DNA of 64,000 nucleotides, taken from the IMG/VR virus record IMGVR_UViG_3300032246_003079; one strand, written 5' to 3'. This DNA comes from a virus. The notes beneath the pieces are model-generated. The model was not told the DNA's origin. It saw nothing but the letters and a program-made list of their open reading frames with translations, and did no database searches. Positions within the stretch are counted from its first letter, which is position 1; each line of letters opens with the position of its first letter. Made by a program: the position numbers and the translations under genes. Below, in pieces: positions 48,680 to 57,247 of the stretch.

Positions 48680-51376
48680 ATGCCAAGTCAAAGTATTAAT
48701 TCATATTTTACACCAAAATATTCCCAAAAATTAAATTTTGCGAACTATTTTGATTTTACACTTGTCGGAGATGAAAAAGACTACGATGAAGAAGTGGTAT
48801 TCTCTAACGAACTCATTGCATACAATGACGGAAATAGACTTCCAATTTTATTTGATTTAGGGGATTCCAACACTTGTCCTCAAATACCTATGTTATTTAA
48901 TAACTTTTATATCAACGCCACATTAGTTAGTAAAAATTATTACAACCCTAATAATGTTGATTTAAATTGTATATCGGCATTTACAGGAACTTGTGACGTG
49001 GGATTAGTGGGTACAGATAATGGGTTGTTTACATCTTTAACTGGTCAAACTTTGTACTATACAATGGGAATTAGAAACGATTTTAAATTTAATCCCTATT
49101 ATTATGATAGACGTATGAAGATGCATATGGTTACGGGTTATACTAATCCACCAAATGTGGTTTTTTCAGGAAGACCTAAGCAATCTATGTATAATATTGT
49201 GTCAAAATTTAACCAAAAGGTCGGTTATTATCAAGAACTATATGGTGGGTTTTATCAAGGATTTTATAAACTTTTTGGTTATGACTATGAAGTTTTTCCT
49301 GAACGAGTAAATAAAGGTTGGACTATGGAGACGGTTATAAAACCAAGAAACATAGAAGAATACGGAATTAATACTTTAACACAAGAATACTTAAATACAA
49401 AATACCCAAGTAATTCCGGTACTTTTTTCTATTTTGGGACAAGAGCCGAAAACAAATTTTATCATTACGCAAGTGGTAGTCCTGAATCTGATTCAGGATA
49501 TACTAGAAGTACAATAGGTTTAGGTAGTTTAAGTAGTTGTACTTGTTATCAAACGGGATATACAAATGCAAATTGTGTAAAATTATACCCCACAAGTTCA
49601 ACTACAGCGTATCATAATATTGGGTGTAATTGCGGAGCTTGCACGGAACAAATTCCAAACCCTCCTTTAGACCCCAAGTTCGATGTATTATCAAATGGAT
49701 TATCAATGAGATTTAGTGGTTGCCCTTTAAATCCAAGTTTATGTGTAAAATACATAAAAATTACAGGAGATTGTGTTACAACAGGTGTTTGTGAAACTAC
49801 TGGTGTTACTTTTCAAACAGGATATACAATTACAGAAGTGTGCACCCCCCCAATTTATGAAATTTGTGATTACATTTGTGGTACAATAACTGAAGACAGA
49901 TGGGTAATGGTTACGGCAGTTTTTGAAAGATATACAACAATGGAAGAGTGTGATTTATTAAATCTTGGTGGTTTAGGGGATATAAGAGAGGTAACTTACC
50001 AATCTATTTTAAACGGGACTGCATATAATTTGATTATGCCACCTGAAACACATTCTGGTGACACAAAAGAAAATAAAGTTTATAGAATTGTTTTTGACCA
50101 TAAATGGTTTGATGATACTTGGTATAGATTAGGAAGACTAAAATTATATATTAACGGTCACTTATTCACTATAATTGAAAACTTTGAAGAAATAATTCCA
50201 AGAGAATTAAATTGTGAAAAAGAAAAACAAATCGGAGTACCATTTAATATTTCTTGGGGTGGAGGTAGTCAAGGATTACACGACAATTTAATATTTGATT
50301 CTTGTCAACAATGGTCTTGGTCTGTTGGTAATATTGACACAAATTTAATTTATACAAATTGTAGCGGGAGTATAATAACATTATCAGGTTTGACGGGACA
50401 ATCAAATACAATTACTGTAGAATATGGTTCAATACCTTACTTTACATCGGCATCAACTGCTAGTACTTTAACCTTTATTGGTGATTATATACCTTTGAGT
50501 GGTCCTTACATACAAGACCCTGAATTATTTCCAGATGAAATTTTATCAGCAACTTCTTTAAATTCTTTATCGACAAATATTTTAGTTGAACAAAATTTTG
50601 GAGGTTCATTTATGGGTGGTATATCACAGTTTAGAATGTATACTGAACCTTTTGCAAGTCCTCAAGTGCAACACAACTTTAGAATTTTAAAAGATAAATT
50701 TAATTTGTTTGATTATTGGTGTCCTAATTGTTTGTCTCCTGCTCCGACCCCAACTCCTACGCCTACTCCGACACCCACTCCGACACCGACCCCAACTCCT
50801 ACACCTACACCAACCCCTACACCTGCAAATATACTTGCAGTGGCAATACCGTGTTTAGGTGAATCTGAAGCGGAAGTTATTTCAATACCTCCACAATATC
50901 AAAATCTTGACATATACTATGTTGTTGGTGGAACAAATGGTCAATGTTATATTGTTGCAGGTCCATCTGCAGGGCCTCAAACCGTGACATGGAACGGTCA
51001 AGTTTATGGTCAAAACGCAGATTGCTCGTTATGTCCTCCTGCTCCGACACCAATACCTTGCTTAGCAACACACCCGTACTTATCTTCATATTTAAGTTTT
51101 TCTACCAATCAATACGGTAATTTTTCAAATAGCTATTCGTTGGCTTGTAGTTCGTTGTTGTGTTTATCTGCCGGAACATGTAATACCAACGGAGCAATTA
51201 ATCCTATGCATATTGATACTCCACAAATTCAAGTTGGTACGGTGTTCTATAGTGGACCTACGACATGTAATTACTATGGTATGACAGGATTTTATATCGC
51301 ACAAAACGGAGCAAACTATGTATTAATAAGTATTTCGAATGGAATTGTTACTCAAGTATTAAATAATTGTTCATAA
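48680..51376 (+). CDS. Cys-rich virion structural protein, LamG-like core with PT linker
   Basis: LKLYING, FMGGISQFRMY..P LamG-type strands; (PT)n; many Cys. Confidence 0.6.
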   Translation: MPSQSINSYFTPKYSQKLNFANYFDFTLVGDEKDYDEEVVFSNELIAYNDGNRLPILFDLGDSNTCPQIPMLFNNFYINATLVSKNYYNPNNVDLNCISAFTGTCDVGLVGTDNGLFTSLTGQTLYYTMGIRNDFKFNPYYYDRRMKMHMVTGYTNPPNVVFSGRPKQSMYNIVSKFNQKVGYYQELYGGFYQGFYKLFGYDYEVFPERVNKGWTMETVIKPRNIEEYGINTLTQEYLNTKYPSNSGTFFYFGTRAENKFYHYASGSPESDSGYTRSTIGLGSLSSCTCYQTGYTNANCVKLYPTSSTTAYHNIGCNCGACTEQIPNPPLDPKFDVLSNGLSMRFSGCPLNPSLCVKYIKITGDCVTTGVCETTGVTFQTGYTITEVCTPPIYEICDYICGTITEDRWVMVTAVFERYTTMEECDLLNLGGLGDIREVTYQSILNGTAYNLIMPPETHSGDTKENKVYRIVFDHKWFDDTWYRLGRLKLYINGHLFTIIENFEEIIPRELNCEKEKQIGVPFNISWGGGSQGLHDNLIFDSCQQWSWSVGNIDTNLIYTNCSGSIITLSGLTGQSNTITVEYGSIPYFTSASTASTLTFIGDYIPLSGPYIQDPELFPDEILSATSLNSLSTNILVEQNFGGSFMGGISQFRMYTEPFASPQVQHNFRILKDKFNLFDYWCPNCLSPAPTPTPTPTPTPTPTPTPTPTPTPTPTPANILAVAIPCLGESEAEVISIPPQYQNLDIYYVVGGTNGQCYIVAGPSAGPQTVTWNGQVYGQNADCSLCPPAPTPIPCLATHPYLSSYLSFSTNQYGNFSNSYSLACSSLLCLSAGTCNTNGAINPMHIDTPQIQVGTVFYSGPTTCNYYGMTGFYIAQNGANYVLISISNGIVTQVLNNCS
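50738..50827 (+). repeat. Coding (PT)n repeat
   Basis: PAPTPTPT... with varied wobble positions. Confidence 0.9.
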
Positions 51377-51394
51377 ACTACATAAGAAGAAAAA

Positions 51395-51748
51395 ATGGAA
51401 TTTTTTATAAATCAAAACTCTACATTACCAATTTTAAAAATGGAACCAGTCGTGGACGGTAGAAGTGACTCTTATAAAAATATTATAGAAATTTTAGATA
51501 ATGCGATTATTCGTTTTTCAATGAAAGACGAAAAAAATGGAATACAAAAAATATTCATGAAACAAGCTTATATTGTCGAGAAATTAAAAAATAACCCCGA
51601 TAGTCCAACTGAATATTATTTATACTACAAATGGACTGCGAACGATACAAAAATAAAAGGTAGGTTTATAGGTGAATTTTCCATAGTTTTACAAAATGGA
51701 GAATTGATTTCACCAATTAGAGAAAATCTTTATATAAACATCGTTTGA
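51395..51748 (+). CDS. BppU-like Ig-fold virion protein
   Basis: FFINQNSTLP.L, Y.W...DT...G.F.GEF pattern. Confidence 0.55.
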   Translation: MEFFINQNSTLPILKMEPVVDGRSDSYKNIIEILDNAIIRFSMKDEKNGIQKIFMKQAYIVEKLKNNPDSPTEYYLYYKWTANDTKIKGRFIGEFSIVLQNGELISPIRENLYINIV

Positions 51749-51838
51749 CATTAAGACAAGACATTTTTATATTTATTAAAAAAGGGAAACCACAACATAG
51801 TTTGTGAGAATAATAACCCAAAATTAATAATATAAAAT

Positions 51839-54667
51839 ATGGTTCCACAAGAAGAAATTGAACGCTTTTTATTAGGCGAAGACGACGAAAAATATATCGT
51901 ATCACTCGAATACGATTACAAAACATCTAAAATTTATAAAGTAATCCAAGACCCTGTTAAGGGTAAATTATTACGCCCCGACACATTTATTCCATTTGCT
52001 TGGGTTGGCGACTTGAAAGGTAAAAACTTTTACAAGAACGACAAACACGCACAAAAACGTGAGATGAGTGAAAATGGTATTATCATAGAAAAACTTGATA
52101 CTCATGATGATGAACGTTTAGAGAACGGATTGAGGTATTTGGTTAAAACAACAAAGTCATACTCCAATCTTGTAAACTTCTTTAAAGGTGGAGGATTAGA
52201 CCCATGGGGTAGAGACAACACAGACTCAATTCAAATATTATCACCTGTAGAACAATACTTAATTCAAAAAAGTAAAAGACTTTTCAAAGGTTTTGACGAA
52301 TACGATGAAATTCACAGGTTTGTATTCGATATTGAGACCACAGGTCTTGACCCCAAAACAAGTAAGATATTCTTGATAGGAATGAAAGACAATCGTGGTT
52401 TTTTAAAATTATTATCATCACAAAATGAAGATGAAGAAAGACAAATGATTGTCGACTTCTTTAAGACTATTGATGAGTTAAAACCATCTTTGATTGGAGG
52501 CTACAACTCGGCATTCTTTGACTTTCCATTTATTTTAAAAAGAGCTGAGATATTAAAAGTTAATATCAAAAAAATCTGTAAGACCTTACATCCTGATTAT
52601 ACTCTGAAACAAAAAGATGGTATTCTAAAATTAGCAAATGAAATGGAACCATACGTTCAAACTCAAATGTGGGGATATAATATTGTTGATATTGCACATG
52701 CGGTTCGTAGAGCTCAAGCAATCAACTCAGACATTAAAAGTTGGTCTTTGAAGTATATTACCAAGTTTATTGAAGCAGAAAAACCAAATCGTGTTTATGT
52801 TGAAGGGGATAAGATTGGTAAAATTTATTTTGATAATCTTGAATATTGGATGAACAAAGAAAACGGAGCGTATAAGAAAGTTGGATTTGATTCAAAAATA
52901 GATGAAATATGTAAAAGAAGAGATGATGTTTATAAATTAGTTACGGGTTCAAAAATTATTGAGGACTACTTGGACGATGACCTTTATGAAACGATGATAG
53001 TTGATGAGCAGTTTAATCAAGCAAACTTCTTGTTGTCTAAACTTGTACCAACAACATATGAAAGACTTTCAACTATGGGAACTGCGACATTATGGAAAAT
53101 GATTATGGCCGCATGGTCATATAAACATAACTTGGCATTACCAAGAAAATTAGAAAAAAGAAAATTTACAGGAGGTCTTTCTCGTTTAGTACAGGTTGGG
53201 TTCTCTAAAAACGTATTGAAACTTGACTATTCTTCACTATATCCATCTATTCAGTTGGTTCACGACGTATTTCCTAAATGTGACGTAACAGGTGCGATGA
53301 AAAGTATGTTAAAGTATTTTCGTGATACTCGTATTAAATACAAGAACTTAGCCAGTGAATATAAGTCTATTGACCCCAAACTTGCAATTTCTTATGACCG
53401 TAAACAATTACCAATTAAAATCTTTATCAATGCATTCTTTGGTTCATTATCGGCACCACAAGTATTTCCGTGGGGTGATATTGATATGGGTGAACAGATT
53501 ACTTGTACGGGTAGACAATATCTAAGACAGATGATTATGTTCTTTATGAAAAGAGGTTATGTTCCACTTGTAATGGACACGGATGGTGTAAACTTTGAAA
53601 CCCCACAAGATAGAGAAGAGTATAAGTATATTGGAAAGGGATTGAATGGATTGGTTAAAGAAGGTAAAGAATATGTTGGAGCAGAAGCGGATGTGGCGGA
53701 ATACAATGATTTATTTTTACGAGGTGAAATGGGATTGGATATTGACGGTGTTTGGCCTTCGACAATTAATGTGGCTCGTAAAAACTACGCACTTCTTACA
53801 GATAAGGGTAAAGTAAAACTAACAGGAAATAGTATTAAATCTAAAAAACTTCAAACATATGTTGCTGAATTTTTGGACAAAGGTCTTCGAATGTTGTTAG
53901 ACGGTAAGGGTGGTGATTTTTTAGATTTTTACTATGAATATGTGGACAAACTTTATAATAGAGAAATTCCTTTGGCAAAAATTGCAAACAAAGCTCGTGT
54001 AAAACAATCAATAGACGATTACAAAGTTCACATTACAAAAACCACAAAGGCGGGAAATATGATGTCACGTCAAGCACATATGGAACTTTTAATTAAAGAA
54101 GGTAAAAATCCAGGTCTTGGTGATACTATCTATTATGTAAATAATGGTGAAAAAAAATCACATGGTGATGTTCAAAAGAAAAAAGATGAATTAGTTTTAA
54201 ATTGTTATATGATTGACGAGCGTGATATTGAAATGAATCCTGATTTATTGGGTGAGTATAATGTTCCAAGATACTTGGCGGCATTTAACAAAAGAATTGA
54301 ACCATTACTTGTTGTTTATAAACCTGAAATCAGAGAAGACATTTTAATTGAAGACCCAAAAGATAGACCTATCTTTACTAAGTCTCAAACTGAATTAGTA
54401 CGTGGTTATCCAATGAAAGAGGCTCACCAAGATACATTAGAGGAAGTATTAACTTTATCTGACATGGAATTAACATTTTGGAAAAACGTAGGTATTGACC
54501 CTTACTATATGTATTTAGATGGTACTGTTGATTTAGTGGATGTTGATTGGGTTGAAAATAACAAAAAGTTAATGGAAGAGTTTGTCATACAACAAAAAAA
54601 GGTGGATATTGATGAATACTTTGAATTTGATGTGGATGGCGATTTAATGGCTCTTAGTTTCGACTAA
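51839..54667 (+). CDS. Family B DNA polymerase
   Basis: FDIETTG exonuclease; DYSSLYPSI, KIFINAFFG, MDTDG, KNYA polymerase motifs. Confidence 0.95.
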   Translation: MVPQEEIERFLLGEDDEKYIVSLEYDYKTSKIYKVIQDPVKGKLLRPDTFIPFAWVGDLKGKNFYKNDKHAQKREMSENGIIIEKLDTHDDERLENGLRYLVKTTKSYSNLVNFFKGGGLDPWGRDNTDSIQILSPVEQYLIQKSKRLFKGFDEYDEIHRFVFDIETTGLDPKTSKIFLIGMKDNRGFLKLLSSQNEDEERQMIVDFFKTIDELKPSLIGGYNSAFFDFPFILKRAEILKVNIKKICKTLHPDYTLKQKDGILKLANEMEPYVQTQMWGYNIVDIAHAVRRAQAINSDIKSWSLKYITKFIEAEKPNRVYVEGDKIGKIYFDNLEYWMNKENGAYKKVGFDSKIDEICKRRDDVYKLVTGSKIIEDYLDDDLYETMIVDEQFNQANFLLSKLVPTTYERLSTMGTATLWKMIMAAWSYKHNLALPRKLEKRKFTGGLSRLVQVGFSKNVLKLDYSSLYPSIQLVHDVFPKCDVTGAMKSMLKYFRDTRIKYKNLASEYKSIDPKLAISYDRKQLPIKIFINAFFGSLSAPQVFPWGDIDMGEQITCTGRQYLRQMIMFFMKRGYVPLVMDTDGVNFETPQDREEYKYIGKGLNGLVKEGKEYVGAEADVAEYNDLFLRGEMGLDIDGVWPSTINVARKNYALLTDKGKVKLTGNSIKSKKLQTYVAEFLDKGLRMLLDGKGGDFLDFYYEYVDKLYNREIPLAKIANKARVKQSIDDYKVHITKTTKAGNMMSRQAHMELLIKEGKNPGLGDTIYYVNNGEKKSHGDVQKKKDELVLNCYMIDERDIEMNPDLLGEYNVPRYLAAFNKRIEPLLVVYKPEIREDILIEDPKDRPIFTKSQTELVRGYPMKEAHQDTLEEVLTLSDMELTFWKNVGIDPYYMYLDGTVDLVDVDWVENNKKLMEEFVIQQKKVDIDEYFEFDVDGDLMALSFD

Positions 54668-54996
54668 GAGTCTTTTAATCCGTCTGAAGATAATATATAC
54701 CAGTAGTTTCCGACTTTTTTAAACTCAACACATGAACCTTTGGTTAATTCAACTTCTTCATATTGCTCATCAATTAGAGAGTCTCCCTTAACTAAAACAT
54801 TCGTCATAGATTTCACCACAACATGGTCAGTATTTGATGAATTTAACAAAATTTCACAATTTTCAACACCCGAAACAATGATGACGTATTCACCGTCAGT
54901 TTCATAATAAGAGTTTGAAACTATTGCAGAATCTGATGTTTCAACGCTATTACCATTAATTATTCTAATTGAAGGAATAGATTTAAATACTGACAT
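54664..54996 (-). CDS. Hypothetical beta-rich protein
   Basis: 110-aa ORF downstream of neck gene. Confidence 0.65.
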   Translation of the reverse strand: MSVFKSIPSIRIINGNSVETSDSAIVSNSYYETDGEYVIIVSGVENCEILLNSSNTDHVVVKSMTNVLVKGDSLIDEQYEEVELTKGSCVEFKKVGNYWYILSSDGLKDS

Positions 54997-55003
54997 AAAA
55001 AAA

Positions 55004-56125
55004 TTATATGATATTATAAGGACTTGTAAATGCTCTAAATTTCAAGGCTTTGTTCAAGTTTTCGGCTTGTAACGCTTTTTGCTCCATTTGTTTTTCAGGT
55101 CTTAATCTTTCAAGTCTTGCTTTCAATTCTTCCCACAACATTGCCTTTTCATCTTTGGCTTCACTGTTTAAACTTTGCCACTCTAAGGTTAATTCACTAT
55201 CAGGGGTCTTCAAACTACCACTATACTTACCTCTTACTTTTGCCAAAGTTTCTTTACAGTATGCGGTAAACCATCTTCTAACCCAAGTTTTTGCTGGCGA
55301 GTTTAATTCATCCCATCTCATTTCATCAATTGGAACATCAGAAGGAAGTCTAACAACGTCAGGATTTTTCGCTAAACAATCATCTCTATCAAAAGTATCA
55401 TAATACCAATACCATACTTTGTATTTTTGATAAGCGATATTTCCAAAATCAAATTTTCCTCCAGGAACATTCATTAAATGTAATGCTTTTTTTCCTTCAG
55501 GAAGTGCTGTTATTCTATAAGTTAAATCACCTGTTATAATTCTTCTTTTCATTTGAATGTCAGCCATTCTAAGTAAAATATCAAAGGCTGGTGTAATAAA
55601 ATAATTTCCTGTTGTTCCCATTTGAGAAAATCCTGCTCCACCACCTAAACCAATACCACCAAATCCACCAAAACCTCCCATAAACGGGTCAAAATATGCG
55701 GCGTCTAATTCAGAACGAGAAAACCATAATATTTCATTAATTTCACGACCTGCAGGTATTTCGTATATTTGTTGATTTGCAACTAAATCGATATAATCTT
55801 TTTTCAATACATAATCACCACCAGCTTGTAATCCCACAATTTTTGAATAAGCGTAAGTATATTGTGTTTCCCAATCCATACTTCTTGTAGTAAAGGCTCT
55901 TGTTAGTGATTGCTCATCCAAATTTAAACCATTCAAAGAAGACCATTGGGCTTCAATTAACCAATCGTTAACATGTTGTGCGTAATCCTGAATAGATAAT
56001 TCTAATAATGAATCCATCATTTCGTCTTCTAATTCAACACTACGAATAGGGGCTCCTAAAAGATTTTTTATTCTTTTATATAATTTACTTCTTTCAGGTT
56101 CGGTGATAATTACAGTAGTTGCCAT
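55004..56125 (-). CDS. Neck protein (T4 gp13-like)
   Basis: LGAP...VEL, WVRRW..A..KE.L..VRGKY motifs. Confidence 0.75.
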   Translation of the reverse strand: MATTVIITEPERSKLYKRIKNLLGAPIRSVELEDEMMDSLLELSIQDYAQHVNDWLIEAQWSSLNGLNLDEQSLTRAFTTRSMDWETQYTYAYSKIVGLQAGGDYVLKKDYIDLVANQQIYEIPAGREINEILWFSRSELDAAYFDPFMGGFGGFGGIGLGGGAGFSQMGTTGNYFITPAFDILLRMADIQMKRRIITGDLTYRITALPEGKKALHLMNVPGGKFDFGNIAYQKYKVWYWYYDTFDRDDCLAKNPDVVRLPSDVPIDEMRWDELNSPAKTWVRRWFTAYCKETLAKVRGKYSGSLKTPDSELTLEWQSLNSEAKDEKAMLWEELKARLERLRPEKQMEQKALQAENLNKALKFRAFTSPYNII

Positions 56126-56149
56126 AAGTTTTTATTATATAAATATAAT

Positions 56150-57235
56150 TTAGTTATTAAGTTTAGACTGAGTCGAATATAAATCATTAACAAATCCCCA
56201 ATTAACTACTTTCCAAAAATTAGATACGTACTTGTCTCTTAGATTTTTGTATTTTAAATAATAGGCGTGTTCCCAAACATCAAGACCTAACAAGGGGTAA
56301 CCTCTTTCTTCTTGATTATCCATTATGGGATTGTCTTGATTTGCGGTGGTTACAATTTTCAATCTATTTTTATCTGTAAGAATCAACCAAACCCAACCTG
56401 AACCAAAACGAGATTTGGCGGCGTCTTCAAATTGTGTTTTAAATTTTTCAAATGAACCGAAAGTTTTTTCTATTTTACTTTTGATGGGGTCATCTAACTT
56501 TTGTTTTTTAGGTGACATCATTTTCCAAAATAGTGCGTGGTTAAATGCGCCACCACCATTATTTCTAACTATTGTATTAAAACTTGAAATGTCAGATATA
56601 ATTTGTTCTAAGTCTAAATCTTTACCACTTATTTTTTCTAATTCTTTATTTAATTTTTCAACATAACCTTTGTAGTGTTTATTGTAATGAGTTTTCATTG
56701 TTTCACTATCAATAAAAACTTCTAAAGAATCATATTCGTAAGGTAGTTTATCTACGCTTATTTTTTTTATCTCATTTATTAATGATTGTTTTTCTAAAGA
56801 TTCTATTTGTAACAAAGATTCTATTCTTTCAATTCTTTCTGTGAAAGGTTTATAAATAACTTTTTCTATTTTTTTATTACCTTTTTCAAATTTTTTTATT
56901 TCTTCAGACGCTTGAGAACTGGCTTCATTTTCATTTTTACCTCCAATGTTTTTACCTTTTTTTCTATTGAGAACTGTTTTTTGATGTTCATGGGACCACT
57001 CATGAGCCAATGTTCTCAGTATATCACGATTTAATCTATCTTTAACTAATATTTTTAACTCATGTTTGTCTGTCCTTATCCCTGTGGTCATTTTACCCGT
57101 TCTGTTATTTTGAAACAAGATTGTTATGTCATTTTCTAAAGGATAATTTTTTTTCAACTGAGAAATAAATTTGTTAATTAATTCTTTTTCCTCCTTTGTT
57201 GGTTCAACATCTACATATTTAATATCTACGGTCAT
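56150..57235 (-). CDS. sodA: Fe/Mn superoxide dismutase fused to an N-terminal HExxH zincin-like domain
   Basis: HYNKH, NGGG.FNH, FGSGW, NQD, DVWEHAYY; N-half RTLAHEWSH...ENEA. Confidence 0.88.
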   Translation of the reverse strand: MTVDIKYVDVEPTKEEKELINKFISQLKKNYPLENDITILFQNNRTGKMTTGIRTDKHELKILVKDRLNRDILRTLAHEWSHEHQKTVLNRKKGKNIGGKNENEASSQASEEIKKFEKGNKKIEKVIYKPFTERIERIESLLQIESLEKQSLINEIKKISVDKLPYEYDSLEVFIDSETMKTHYNKHYKGYVEKLNKELEKISGKDLDLEQIISDISSFNTIVRNNGGGAFNHALFWKMMSPKKQKLDDPIKSKIEKTFGSFEKFKTQFEDAAKSRFGSGWVWLILTDKNRLKIVTTANQDNPIMDNQEERGYPLLGLDVWEHAYYLKYKNLRDKYVSNFWKVVNWGFVNDLYSTQSKLNN

Positions 57236-57247
57236 GATATATAAATA

